Source of the DNA: Azolla caroliniana
Lineage: Eukaryota > Plantae > Polypodiophyta
Length of the DNA stretch: 64,000 nt
Direction: 5' to 3'
Assembly: GCA_043228905.1 (NCBI GenBank)
Contig: JBHGNT010000015.1
Coordinates: forward strand, 13,392,001-13,456,000
Shown here: positions 25,191 through 38,625 of the stretch, in pieces
Layout: each line of letters begins with the position of its first letter
How positions within the stretch are numbered: the stretch's first letter is position 1
The notes under the pieces: generated by a model
Database searches by the model: none
Told to the model about the DNA's origin: nothing
Seen by the model: the letters and a program-made list of their open reading frames with translations, nothing else
Made by a program: the position numbers and the translations under genes

Positions 25191-25899
25191 AACCGCCCCT
25201 CTCTTCCACCCACCGTTATTCCCAAGGTTTCACATGTCAAAGCAATACCTTGATACTTGTTAAGCCTTTGTACACATGTATGATTGTGGTTTGGGGATTA
25301 CCATAGTCCTCACATTATCCCCTTTGTGAAATGTTCCTGTCCTCAAAAACAAATTGGGAAAATCTTTTATGAATCATGTTCTTTTTCCCAAGTCGATGTT
25401 GACACGCAACATTTCAACACTCGACTAAGAACCTAAAATGAATATTATCATATGCTTCTTTTTCATGTGAGTCTAGAGTTTGTTATGCATAAATTTAACA
25501 CCTTTAGAATTGTTTATATATCCTAATAATGTAGATGTTCAACGGTGTCAATGAAACTTCACACCATGAAATTCATACATTATAAAAAAAGTAGTTACGG
25601 TTTTAGAATTTTTGTGACACGAGTATAAGACAAATTCCATATTCTTTGAAATCTATCTTACGTACTAGAGTTTGCACATTCAAATAGCTATCTTAGTTAT
25701 AAAAGCATGCATCAAAGTGATCATGGGCTCAAGTCTCCTAATTAATGCACGACATCCCCAAAACACAGTGAATAGACTCCATGGTGTCTATATTATACAA
25801 GGGAGGTATATAAATGTTAGCACCAGTGCAACCAACTTACAAACCATTGGTCATCAATCAAACTAGGCATTGAACCATAACCACACTCGACTAAAGAAA

Positions 25900-27245
25900 T
25901 GGTCTTGTGGGTTCCCGTTTACACTGAACATAGAAAACATACATTATGTTTAAGATTATTGCATTAGTTTCAAAAGAGTACAACAAGACATCTATCAACA
26001 CTTTGGTCTACAAAAAATGCAAAATGGAATTTTTGGTACACAACTTGCATGGATTGGCATTACTGCCAACAAGTTGTGAGCTTACGCGATGATGGCCAAG
26101 CATTGCCAAAACTATTTCCATCAAGAGTCTGAAATTGTGGAGTCTCCTCTAGAGTTGGTCCAAGTCAACCACTTGGAAAAGACGACAACAATGTGATGGA
26201 ATCATCCTAATTCCTTCTCATGATTCATATTTATCATGGAAGATGTGGCTTTATTTCCTCAAAGAGGAAATTGAGGCTCTTTGTAAGTGTTAAGTATGAC
26301 ATTGAATGGTAACAGCACATGTTTGCCTAAAGGTCAAATGCGTTCGAACTAATCGAGGGGGAGAATTTATTTCAAGTATGTCAAATAACTACATTGTTAG
26401 AACTTTGAGGGGGTGAGATATCAAGATCAATAGGGTTATAGAGTAAGTGACAACAAACATCACCTTGTTCGAGCATTGTGTCATGTTATCCAAGGTCAAC
26501 TAGATGTCTTTCATTGCATTAAATAAGCATGAACTTATGCATGTTTATAGGCGAACTTGATGCCAATGCAAATATATTCCACATTTCCACAACTTCAGCC
26601 ATATTATCAACTAGATCTTTCACAAACATGAAAGCATCAGTTGTCCATACCTTCATTATTAGATCTTTCTCTAGCGGAGAGCAAGCCAAACAATTTATCC
26701 AAATTCTACATATATTGTGTATCATAAGAAGACTTGGGCAAGTATATCAATGGAAAAAAAGAAGGTGCTCAATGATCATCCTTGTCATATTAACCATATC
26801 AAACATATCGTTTTGCTCACTCCGACATGTGACACGTCAACCAACACCAATGAGAAACTAAAGCTTGACATTGTTGCACAAAAATCCGTAAGACATATAA
26901 ATTGGGCAAAAAACAACCAAATTACACATGTCTTCTCCAAAAACTATTTGTATAGCTACAATTTTTCATTTCATTTCTTTACCATAAGCCACTACATATT
27001 CAAAAAATGTATAAGGTTCCCCTACCCATAGTAAATCCAAACTCAATAGGGTGAAATGTAACACATTCTTAAGTTAATTTTCTATTGGTTCAGCAAAAAT
27101 CTTGTATAGTCCATCTATTACAGACATAGGTCTCTGTTACCCAAAGGGCAAAGGAGAAGGAGATGTAACTTCCATTAAAAGCTTAATTACCCCAACTTTC
27201 CACGAATCATGCATGTTATTAGAACTCCACACTTCTTGAAACAAT
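25900..27245 (-). mobile_element. Highly degraded L1-type LINE RT fragment
   Basis: Minus-strand MHDSWKVGVIKLL near 27200 resembles MPQAWKVGLIKLV of the LINE at 11800; boundaries approximate. Confidence 0.5.
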
Positions 27246-27749
27246 AAAATGGGAAGTGTGGCATGTAACCAACAAACTAATTTATGGGCACGGTGTTTAT
27301 GATCATTCAATTCCTACTTCATGCATGTCAAAAGAGATTTTTGATAATTATGCATCATATGGTCTTTTAAAGCTAGAGAGAGTATAGGCTAACATGTATA
27401 ATGATATATCCCCAAAATAGTCACTAGAGATTGTAAAAGTATTTTGCATGATAGGTCATGGATTACCTACGCTCAAATGACTCATGACCAACTCAATTGC
27501 CAAGGTTGATCTACCGTGTAGTGACTTAACCATGAATTTAATTTTCAATGAAATCAATCATTAGGAGATCAATTTGGTAACTCAATAGCATTCCTAGATG
27601 AATTGGCCCCATCATACTTTGGTGGTGATTAACCTTTCTCTCCAAAGTACTCTTAATGTTTTCCATGGTCAGTGGTTTACCTACAAGGTTTTTCTTGCTT
27701 TATCATATATTTTTCCTTTCCTTCAAAAAAAAATTATTCATATATTTTA

Positions 27750-28091
27750 GGGAAAAGTACCAGGATACCCCTGGAAGTTCGTCTATTTACCAGAATGCCC
27801 CTGGAAGTTCGCCTATTTACCAAAATACCCCTGGAAGTTCCAAATTTACCAAACTACCCCTATGTCCAAAAAAATACACTTTATAAAGTAATTATACACT
27901 CAAATCTACAAGCCCTATTTACTAGAATACCCTTAAAACACACATTTCTTTACTTAAGAGATTCTTTGGGTCCTTTGTACTTACTTTATAAATTGTATTT
28001 TTTTGGACATAGGGGTAGTTTGGTAAATTTGGAACTTCTAGGGGCATTCTGGTAAATAGACGAACTTCCAAGGGTATCCTGGTACTTTCCC
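27750..28091. mobile_element. Mutator-like foldback MITE
   Basis: Long TIRs starting GGGAAAAGTACCAGGATACCC / ending GGGTATCCTGGTACTTTCCC; perfect 9-bp TSD TATATTTTA; 30-bp units x3 (left) and x2 (right). Confidence 0.93.
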
Positions 28092-29487
28092 TATATTTTA
28101 TTACCCGTTGATTCCCTAATGTATCCCCTTTATTTACTATATGCTCTCTAACATTTCCATATGATTACGTAGAGTATTCAAGACTATACTAATACCAATG
28201 TAAGTTGATTGACCCAAATTGTCGTATTTAAAGTAATGATCCGTAACAATGGCCTAGACTGATCTCGTCTCCTTTTCAATATGTTATTATAGTTCTCTTC
28301 ACTAAGTATTTCATTATACGCAACACTTTATTAGCTACACAATTTTACCCATTGCTAGCATCTATTTCCCTAGCAACGCACAAATCGTATAATATGCCAC
28401 ACAAATGAAACCTTGCAATCCACCTTAATCCACCTTAACCAAGATCGAGCACTCTTACTTCAATAATTTCTTGAAACTCAAACAATGGTCTTACCAAATA
28501 GTATAAAGTAGGTTGTTATTGGAAAAGGACACAAATGTTTGATAGTATTCGATTGGCAACATTGTGAATCATGGTCCAATATTCTCCATCTCGCCTTTGG
28601 TTGTAACTTGTGTGTATGATTAATTAGGCCCCATTTCTAAATCAATTACTTTCATGTTGGCTTCACTCGTCCAAGGAGGTTTTGAATCTTTATCACAGCA
28701 ACCACTACATCATTTTATTATGGCAAAAAATGTCTCATAATTGTCATCAAAAGTGGTTTCTAAAACACTATCCAATGCTTAGAAATTTTATGTTTTTTTT
28801 AATGCATAATTTTCACTAAAGCTTCGTTTTTCCCATTACTTACCAAAATTGAAGGTTGCGTGTGAGAAGTTGAAAGAAATTGTGCATAGAAGGCATTGGG
28901 CTACACGTGAGGAGACTCGTCAACTACATGTACATCATCCCCCCTAAACAAGCTCAATAATCTGAATCTTTGACCACATTGGTTTTCGCATATTGTCAAT
29001 CCCGTCCACGTTCCTCACAATCACTCTCGATAGCAATGTTCACTAGTAAAATTCTTGAATATTGAGAGTTATTACTCAATTCCACACATAATATGTGAAA
29101 ATGTCACTTCTAGGCCCATGGTCATGTTTGACCTCTAAGGACAACAACAACAATAATAAACGTTACATCATCATCACTCTATCAAGGATATTTAAAATGC
29201 AATGGATATTTTGGGTTTTTCAAGAAATAATGGGGGATATTTGGTAGAGTTCCCTCGTAAATAGGGAGTCGGGACCACAAAAACAAAAGATTACCCCTAC
29301 CTTGTTAGTATTTACCAAATAGCTCTATGGCTATGATTGCTATAATCAATTGTATAAGGCCAAGGTTAGGGTATATTAGTGTTATGAAAGCAAGCTATGG
29401 GTATTCTCATAATTACCCAAACAAACTAGGGGTAACTTGGTCTGAGCTTGAGCAAATCTATGAAGAAACAATGCCACCTATATTAAA

Positions 29488-29745
29488 AATCCATGAAGAA
29501 GAGAATATACACTTGCCAACTATGTTGTCGATCTATGAAGAGAAGCACCATCGATGGCCCGAAGACACATGGCCCCCCCGATGTTGTAAATCCATGAAGA
29601 AGAGAATATACACTTGCCAACTATGTTGTCGATCTATGAAGAGAATCACCATCGATGGCCCGAAGACACATGGCCCCCCCGATGTTGTAAATCAATGAAG
29701 AAGAGAATATACACTTGCCAACTATGTTGTCAATCTATGAAGAAA
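29488..29745. repeat. About 102-bp tandem repeat, about 2.5 copies
   Basis: AATCCATGAAGAAGAGAATATACACTTGCCAACTATGTTGTC recurs at about 29488, 29590, 29690. Confidence 0.9.
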
Positions 29746-30692
29746 AGAATACCCATCAACAACTATAAATTGCACATGCATCGTCATTCCTCTCCACAAT
29801 GCATTACAATAATGATAATAATATCAAGTAATGGAATCGTCTAAACTGTGACAATCTTCATTCAAAGATTGTGTGAAGGCGTTGGTGGAGACAGAGATGG
29901 TTTGAGTGTCACTTGGTACCAACAAGTTACATTCAATGACCGACTAAATAGACAACGATGAACAAGGATAGGAAAAGAAAGAACCTTGTGTCCACTAGAG
30001 CCCATCATCTAATAGTGGACATGTGAGCGGGGTAACCACAAGGTTGAAGCTCTCAATCTCATTAGAATTACAGTTAGGCACATCATTAAGAAAGTAACGA
30101 AGACACTAAGGTCAATCTCATGAAAATTACAGTTAGGCACATCATTGAGAAAGCAAAGAAGACACCTAATTCATCATATGATCCATCAACTAATTAGGGA
30201 TTGTATATTAGCACACACCATGGGCATGCTACAATCTCGATTGCTGTAGCACCTAATCAATGTTGCGAAATGAACTCTTGATTAGAAGCAAAAAATTTGA
30301 GAAACCAAGTTTTCCGATTCTTTTGATGAGGACATCTCACATTGAACCCCACAAATTAGCGGTTTTCCACATGGGAGGGAAAGTTGTTGAGAGGTATTGC
30401 CAGATAGAATACAGAAAGCAGCTCATCCACATGGGCCGAGATGAAGTAAAAAAAAGAGAAAAAAAAAGTAGATAAGATATTAACATCCACAGGAGGCAAA
30501 GTTCGAACTAGGGTTCTCTCAATTTTATGGGCATTGTGCACATTGCTGGGACCCCGAGAGAACTTTTGAGTAGAATATAGATTTCCGTCGAAATCGAGAA
30601 TGTGAGGGAAGCAAACTCTGCATGCAGATCATATGTGCCCGCATTTGAATATCAGTTTATGCAAGCCGGAGATGGCCGGAGTTTTTCCCGAC

Positions 30693-31030
30693 CAGCACTA
30701 CTAAAGTAATTCATAAGATCCAGAAACCCTAAGGTCATATCATGATGATAGCACTACTAAAGTGATTCATATGATCCAGCAACCCTAAGGTCATATCATA
30801 TACAAAAACCAACCAGCACTACTAAAGTAATTCATATGATCCAGAAACCCTAATGTCATATCATCTACTAAAGCAGTGCATGATGATAGCACTACTAAAG
30901 TGATTCATATGATCCAGCAACCCTAAGGTCATATCATCTACTAAAGTAGTGCATGATGATAGCACTACTAAAGTGATTCATATGATCCAGAAACCCTAAG
31001 GTCATAATATCTACTGAAGTAGTGCATGTG
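30693..31030. repeat. Minisatellite, 55-72-bp units, about 5 copies
   Basis: AGCACTACTAAAGT.ATTCATATGATCCAG.AACCCTAAGGTCATATCAT repeated. Confidence 0.9.
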
Positions 31031-31583
31031 ATCCGTATCATCGGGACTAAACAAGCACAAAAAATTACACTCCAACAAAACCAAAACTCTGATGATCAGA
31101 ACAATTAGTTTTTAAGCACAAATTGCAACATGAACAATGTCTTTTTTTTTATACAAAACACAATGGGTAAGTAAGTATACATATATATGTAACCTGACAT
31201 ATCAAACTACTACGAAGCTGCTTCGATGGCTTTAGCACGAGACAATTTAGACAAGACATGTGGAGAACAAAGGTAGGAAACAAGAATCAGTCAATGGGGA
31301 GGCAGGAGCTTTCATGGACATGTGATACAGCCCTGCCCTGCTTCCAAAAGAATCAATGGTTTCTTTCTTCACCTCCTCCTCCATGTGAAGATTCCCCCAA
31401 AAGAATTGATGAATTAGCTTTTTTGGATTTTGCCTTAACAATGATAAGAATTGAGTTTCTGAATTTGGAAATCGGTAGGTCTGTCAGAAGGTTTGTTGCA
31501 GGCAGCATATATCAGAATGGATCTTTTAGCCTTGTTAATTACAAGGTAGTTTTTTCTTTTTCTTTTTCCATGGTTCCTGTGTG

Positions 31584-32201
31584 TTATGAAAAGCCTTTGT
31601 CCCCACCTGATGTGGCTGAGTTCAAGAAAGCCTGTTGCTGCTGCATCTGCTGCTGCTGCTTCCAGACAGATCCATCATCGAAATTCATGGCGTAACTAAC
31701 CGCATCATATTGGAAACCAGGCCCCGACGGCCTCGATCCACAGTTCATCCTTCTGGTCTCAGAGCGCAACTTCCTGAAGAAAAGCTTCCATCGAGGGGGT
31801 CGCACGTAGTTGAGATCATCTCCGTTCATGTCGTGCTCCACGAGGAAGTGATCTTCGTCTTTCAGATTCATCCTTCGCGCGCTTCCGAATCTGGGCCACA
31901 GATCGGGCCAGGAGGGAGCAGGGGGTTGGATTTGGGGCTGATCTGAGGCTCCTTCCATGGCTTCATCCTCGTCGTCTTTAGCAGGGTTGTTGTAGCTTCT
32001 CCTGCGAGAGGAGAAGAGGTCGCGGAGGTGGAGGCCGCAGAGGCCGCCGCTGCTACTGCCATTGCCACTGCGGCAGCAACCCCTGCCCATGGAGGAGGAG
32101 GAGGCGAAGATGGAGGTGGAGAGGGAGCGATGGTGCTGCAAGAAGAAGCGATGGGGGAGTGGGGCAGAGGAGGGCTCGTCAGGAGGCGATGGATGGGTCA
32201 T
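31584..32201 (-). CDS. Uncharacterised plant protein with PRWK...FQYDAVSYAMNFDDG motif; alternative start at 32090 (MGRGCC)
   Basis: Single-exon GC-rich ORF; C-terminal FQYDxxSYAxNFDDG motif typical of a widespread small plant family; CT-rich leader and TATA-like motifs upstream. Confidence 0.8.
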   Translation of the reverse strand: MTHPSPPDEPSSAPLPHRFFLQHHRSLSTSIFASSSSMGRGCCRSGNGSSSGGLCGLHLRDLFSSRRRSYNNPAKDDEDEAMEGASDQPQIQPPAPSWPDLWPRFGSARRMNLKDEDHFLVEHDMNGDDLNYVRPPRWKLFFRKLRSETRRMNCGSRPSGPGFQYDAVSYAMNFDDGSVWKQQQQMQQQQAFLNSATSGGDKGFS

Positions 32202-32256
32202 GGAAGGGAAGGAGGAGAACGATTCTCTCTGAGAGAGTTATGGCGGGGGGGAGAAG

Positions 32257-32291
<35 letters not shown>

Positions 32292-33464
32292 TTTCTTATG
32301 CAGGAAGAAGAAGGAAGAAGGAAGAAGGAAGAAGAAGGAAACCTAAAAACTCGTTACCCTAAAACTAAGAAAACGAAGCTTTTTTCTGCTTTGTGGGCGA
32401 ATATGTATAAGCCATGGCTTCCTTCTTCTCCTTTCTCTCTCTCTCTCTCTCCTTCCTTCCTTTGCTTTTTTGCTTTTTCCTTTCTTTGCTTTTTTGCGTT
32501 TTTTGCTTTCTGCTTTCTTGGGGGGGTGGGGGGGGATATATGAGAAGAGAGATATAATGCTAAATGTTAAATGTATGAAGTGTGTACCATGCAGGCTGCG
32601 AGATAACAAACGAATTAGTTTTATACATTCGCGAAGAAAATGTACACACGCACACACACACGGTTCAAACACCTTTCCGTCCCCCCCGAAAGTCAAGCTC
32701 ACCACATACATACATACATACATACATACATACACACACACATATGTCATGGTTGGCACCATCATTCGCTGCAGGTCACACTAACAGCTGCACTATCTCG
32801 TACATAGACGGTTGAACCGTGCCCAAGAATGGTTATGACGCCAACCTGCTGATCGGTTATATTATCAGATTTTTTAATGATGGAACTTACATATGGGTGA
32901 GCCTTGGAAGAAATGATATCGCCTTCGAGGATTTGTGGGGTGGGGAGAACAACCAACCTATTGATTGATGATCAATTGACAATGTCGGGCTTTCACCACA
33001 GTGGGTGGGCCCTGCTCTAAGTTGGCTCTGAGCTTTTTGATGTCGAGCATACTCCACGTATGTAATAGATTATCTTAATTTGTATGTCAAAGCAACTTCA
33101 ATAAGTCGGAACCATGGGCCCACTAAAGATGCAATTCAAGTCTCGTGTACCATAAGATTTAAAGGATATGAAGATAGGAAGGAACCTTAACACTTGGCCA
33201 CTATGCGTATTTTGGTCGACTAGATAGCAAATGCCTCAATACTCAATGGAAGCCCACTACATTTTCATATATATTATATGCTTTTTTGTGTCTCATCAAC
33301 ACATTTTCTCACAAATACTTTCAATTTTTTTAACTAACATGTTTATTCTCCCCCAAGAGGTTGTAAATATCTCAAAGGACTTGAATATGTAGTAAGTTTA
33401 TTCTCCCCCATAGCTAGGATGCTTGGAAGTAGGAAGTTGAGATGTATAGCAACAGGGTGATGAT

Positions 33465-33920
33465 TACGATCGGTAATTGAACCGTGAAACCACAACTGAA
33501 CAGTTTGGTTCGGTTCAGGTTCAAGTTTTTTTAATGGTTTAGTTCGGTTTGGTTTGGGGTGAACGGTTTGGTTCAATTCGGTTTTTATGGATTGAAACCG
33601 CATGGTTTGATGTTTTTTTTTTAATTAATTATTTTTTAAACAACCTTTTCATTTTTAAGCCTAATTCTCACATGTTAGGAAAAAACTTTAAATTTTGGAA
33701 ATTTTAAAATTTTAAAAATTTAAAATTTGAATTTTGACCTAAGTTGAAAACTAAAACTGAACCATGAAACTACGGTTTTATGGTTTAATGGTTTGAATTT
33801 TTACCAAATAGTTCAATTTAAACGGTTCCGCAGTTTAGTTCGATTCGGTTCAAGTTTCAAAAAATTTAAACGGTTCAGTTTGGACACTCTTGAACCGAAT
33901 TGAACCGTTGCCGATTGTTA
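33465..33920. mobile_element. hAT-like MITE, same family as 14256-14643
   Basis: Right TIR AACCGTTGCCGATTGTTA identical to 14626-14643; 8-bp TSD GTGATGAT/TTGATGAT; AACCG subterminal repeats. Confidence 0.82.
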
Positions 33921-35992
33921 TTGATGATACAACAAATACATGAATAGATGTCTCTAATGTGCTTCGTCTACTTTCCCACTAATGTTTTCATCGTCACACG
34001 AGGCTTTGGAGGTATGATATAGCAAGAGTTATAGATTTTGGGTGCAAGTAGTTCATTTGCATCTATCCTTGAATTAGTACATCCATGACTATGAGAGGCA
34101 TCAAGGTTGGGGTATATGCATACAATCTCACTTTCTTTGGCAAAACGATTCCACATACAAATGTGGTTCTATTAAATTGTGTTAGGTAGCAATCAAGTGG
34201 GCATTGGGCATAATATATTATGTGGGAAGGGTCTAAAACAATACATTATATCTTAAAGATGAAGGGAAAACAACGCATTAATATATCCATTCTCAATTAA
34301 TAACACAAATAGTGTGTGATAATGTATGAATATAGTGTGTGATGATAAATATTGTGGTTTAAACCCTTTGGTCGTGGGCTCAAGGGGAAAGGCAACGAGT
34401 CTAAGTTTTTGGTTGAGACCATAAAACTCATCTTTTGAAAGTGGCATTACAAATTTATTTTCTACAACCTAGAGTCAGCGACTATAGCATACACTATGAC
34501 CATTGGATCGGTGTTAATTGTTACGAATCTTTTTGACAGAGAGAAAACTCACACTTTTCTCCTAATATAAGCCTATGGCATGGGAATGGTTTCACGATTT
34601 CACATTGGACAACTTAGAGGTTGAAAGTGATAGCGCTATCGTCTTTACCCTCGGGTTTAATGGTATGTTCATTGTAAAACTAATCATATTTTTTTATTAG
34701 AATAACAAATTACTACACAATACTTGTTGACTTGCGTGTTTATCCCAAAATGATTGACTTGGCATTCGTCCTGACACGGCTTTAAATTTTCATGTTTTCA
34801 CCACTGACTCATCAAAGGTTGAAAATGATAGCACTTGCCTTGTGTAGTAAGAAAAAAGGCAAACAGTAATAAATTTTTACTTTGGCCACAAAGCCCAATA
34901 GGTGCCAGCTACATATGACACTCGAATTCCTACATGTAATTATTGGGAACAACTAAACTTGAACCCTATCTCAAAATGAAGTTGTTGTTATATTTTTACT
35001 ACCATTGCACTACCCTACCATTGAGGCATACTCTAATCATTTCTAGCAAAATAGAAATGCAAAAAACGTTTGTTGAAGCATCAGGAAGACCATTAAACCT
35101 TCTCTCAAACACTTGAAGTCTTTATATATGCATGTGTAGACCAAATTGTTCCATTTGAACCCATGCATCGTACATAATTGACTCCTCTAATGAATTGACG
35201 GGGCAATAAAAAAATTGACTTGGCAACATACAAGACTACAAGTATGAATAGACCCCTTTAGAATAGGAGCACGAAGTAGGAACAACCATCCATGTTGAAT
35301 ATGTAGATTCAAACAATAAAGCTTTTTCTTTTCTTTTTGAACCAAAGCTCAAAGAAACATTCCCATGGACATGAGACACCCCCCTCCCCCCCCCCCCCCC
35401 CCCCCCGCGCCTTCCTTGTATGCTAGGGATTCTTGAGGGGTCCTTGAATCTCGAGGTTTCTATACTAGTTTCCCCTCACTTTCGTAGCAAAGTCTGAAGT
35501 CCCCCCTACGTACGTTAGGCTTCTTTTTATACTAGTTACCCCACACTTCAATTACGAGTCCAATGTGGGGGACGGAGACAAACCCCGTACGCTAGGGTTT
35601 CTTGTGGGGTCCTCGAATCTCGACACTTATAAGCTAGTCGGGAGGGTCCGAGCCGAAAAGACAAGGTTTCCATTGGGGCTTGAAATGTTTTTGAAGGCAT
35701 GAATTCTTTCTAACACAAGTAGGACAAAGGAATGAGAGCAAGAATGAGAGTGTGGGGGTCTTTTCTCTCTCTTAGGAACCAGTATAAAGGCTTGAAAATG
35801 AGGAGGAGGGCCACCACCATGGAGATAAGTGGGAAACAGGTCACAAAAAAATAATTAAAACCCCATCATGATGGTCTTTTGTAGAAAAAGAAAGAAAGAA
35901 GCAGAGACCAAAAAAAGAGGATGAAGATGCCATGAATGGTCCAAATGTATGTATATAATTCTGCATTCTGGTGTGTTAAAAACACCACAGTT

Positions 35993-36185
35993 TACTTGGG
36001 GCCAATATAATTAATTTGGCATTCTGGTATGTTAACCATTACTTGGAAGTTGGGGTCAATATAATTAATTTGGCATTCTGGCATGTTAACAATTACTTGG
36101 GGCCAATATAATTAATTTGGCATTCTGGTATGTTAACAATTACTTGGGGCCAATATAATTTGGCATTCTGGTTCTGGTGTGTTAA
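35993..36185. repeat. About 47-bp tandem repeat (4 or more copies) upstream of the orphan ORF
   Basis: TTACTTGGGGCCAATATAATTAATTTGGCATTCTGGTATGTTAAC repeated. Confidence 0.9.
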
Positions 36186-36219
36186 GAATCCATAGTTATT
36201 TGGGGGGGGGGGGGGGGGC

Positions 36220-37296
36220 ATGGATTCCTTCGATGTCTGCAGCAGCTCGCGGCCGAATGTGTACTTGCTCGCGGGGGCCGTGAAGCCCTTATTCCTCCTC
36301 CTTGCAACTCACCTCCTGGCGGGCGAGGTGGACACCACACTCGGAGGAAGCCCATCTCCGGCTCCTCCTCCTCCTCGTAATGCCGGCCGATCCATCTTCT
36401 CCTGGGCATCACCACCGATCCATGTCCGCGTGTTCTGGCTCCTCCGCTACTACAACCCCGTGAACCTCTCGTGGCGATACTACTCCATCCTCGCGTGGCG
36501 CGCGAGCCCGTGCCACCGGCATTGGGGCCGACGCCACATTGCGATGGTGAACCACGAGGCGCACCCGTGGGAACCCCCCGTGCCCTACGTGCTCACCGAC
36601 TCGGCCCTCGCCCCGCCCGATTACCGCGTGAAGAGGCTCGAGATGGCCACCCACTCCTTCATGAGCCCGCAAGGCGTGCTCACCCTCAGCTCCGCATACC
36701 AGCTAGGCCTCGCGGCCCTCGTGATGACCGGCTCCGCGGGCGGCCGTGTTCAGCTCCTCGTGTTGCCCAACCTCGGCTTGCCATTGTTCATGCTCAGCCT
36801 CGGCTCGCGCCTCGCCGTCTTCCCGTGGATCGCTTCCAAGGTCTATGTCGATCCTTACCCTTACCCTAGCACAAGTGTCGATCATCATCATCGTCCCGTG
36901 GAACCAGAATTGGGTCGTGGCATGAGGAACCATTGCCTTGCTTGTGCTTGGACTCTCCTTCTGCTGGGCTTCGTCGTGTTCGCGGTGTGGCCATGGCCAA
37001 TCCCGACCGACCCAGGCAAGGACAAGGCCACACCAATGGGCCCCGGCAACCCCACAAGGTTGTTGACCGCGGCGGTACAGATATTGTACCGATACGCAAG
37101 CCTATCTCACCTCGCCTTCCACTTGGTGCTCCTTAGGCAAGGCGCCATGGGTTGGGCCAACCGCATCGCGTTCTTCGACCACTGGACTTACAAGGCCCAA
37201 ACCTTGGGGTGGGTCGTGTTGTTTGTCACCACGTTGCTCCTAGCCCTCCGAGACCTGGTGCACCACGACTTTTACCGTTCTTGTGTCTCCGTGTAA
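36220..37296 (+). CDS. Intronless multi-pass membrane protein of unknown function
   Basis: 358-aa ORF, GC-rich with C/G-ending codons inside AT-rich flanks, about 5-6 hydrophobic segments, no TE motifs recognised. Confidence 0.7.
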   Translation: MDSFDVCSSSRPNVYLLAGAVKPLFLLLATHLLAGEVDTTLGGSPSPAPPPPRNAGRSIFSWASPPIHVRVFWLLRYYNPVNLSWRYYSILAWRASPCHRHWGRRHIAMVNHEAHPWEPPVPYVLTDSALAPPDYRVKRLEMATHSFMSPQGVLTLSSAYQLGLAALVMTGSAGGRVQLLVLPNLGLPLFMLSLGSRLAVFPWIASKVYVDPYPYPSTSVDHHHRPVEPELGRGMRNHCLACAWTLLLLGFVVFAVWPWPIPTDPGKDKATPMGPGNPTRLLTAAVQILYRYASLSHLAFHLVLLRQGAMGWANRIAFFDHWTYKAQTLGWVVLFVTTLLLALRDLVHHDFYRSCVSV

Positions 37297-38177
37297 AGAG
37301 TGTCATCCAACCAATCAAGAGCAGTAGGAAACATCATCATCCTCATCGATACTTACCGAGACCCAATTGACCAAGATGGGTTTTGTGAACAAATCGGAGG
37401 CGACCATGAGGACGGGTAACGCCTATGGATACACTTTGGATGTGGCATATGGTGCAATGAAGATGCCCCCAAGGTATAGTATGGGTGTGAACCCATGCCT
37501 AGTTTAGGAGAAGCAAGTGTACGATATTATGAAAGAAGAGTGAAACCGAGGAACTGAACCCACGATTGGCATGTTGTTAACATACTAACAAATAGGTACC
37601 ACTAAGAGAGAAACCTACATAATGTGGTGAATTTATCTTTAGATGCCCCTTATCGTAGTGATTCAATATGTATTCGATCCACCTTGTTCACACAAGAATT
37701 CCTTGCTCTATGGGAATGTTTGAATGAAAATGGCAACCTTTTGTGTAATTTGCATTCTACCAAATCGTGAAATCATCTTTCAAGTTGAGCGCACCTCACT
37801 TCCCACTTCCCACAAAATCTATTTGTTTAGAAGCAAAACCTTAAAAGAAAATTAATCCATCTTGAGTCATTTCTCGTGTTTTAAATGGAGTTGTTAACTT
37901 TTTGGCAAAATTGTTTGCTCCTAAACACTTGTAGTTCAAAAGGTACTTGGGTTTTTTATTTGCCCTTTTGCCAATGGAAGGAATATTTGGGTTTGTGAAA
38001 TTGTGTGATAATGTTGTTAGCTTCGCATGGTTGTTTGTGTAAAATTCTCTACCGAAACTATAAAATCTCGGTTCAATTTTAGGCCACTTTTAATCTCTCT
38101 AAACTTAAAATAAATCAACTTGTTTTAAATGCTAACATATCTACTCATTCTTTTCGAGAAATCGAGCTTTATCTTAA

Positions 38178-38625
38178 AATTTGGCAACGGTTCGGTTTGG
38201 GAGTTTCAAACTTAAATTGTTTAAAAAAAGTTTAATTTAAATGAAACTAAACCGAACCGCAAAACTCGTTTTAACCAAAATTATTGATATAAAATATTAG
38301 AGGATTTATAAGCTCAAACCAAACAGTTTAAGAGTTTTATAAAATATTAGTCGTTGTAGTTTTCGCATTTGGTTTCAGTTTTGTCATAACTGAAATGGAA
38401 TCTTAAACCAATAGTTTTGGTTAAAATGTTTTCAAGCCACATGTTTCTACTCATAAATTGAAAAAAGAGAAAATAATGAACCTCAAATGTTATAACTTAT
38501 TGTATTAATAGGCCATCTTAACTCAAAACTTGAGAATGAAATGAAACCGTACCGTTTGAATCATGAAGCCATTAAGTTGTGGTTTGTGCAGTCCGATTAC
38601 GAACAAACTAACCCATTTCCAATTT
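38178..38625. mobile_element. Degenerate third copy of the AACCG-rich hAT-like MITE
   Basis: TTGGCAACGGTTCGGTTTGG at 38181 and scattered AACCG motifs; right end poorly defined. Confidence 0.5.

Noticed and set aside
29327-29844. ORFs with repeated peptides
   Set aside because: Products of the 102-bp tandem repeat, with frame changing between units
32028-32815. Plus-strand ORFs over the 31584 gene and its promoter
   Set aside because: Antisense shadows and microsatellite translations
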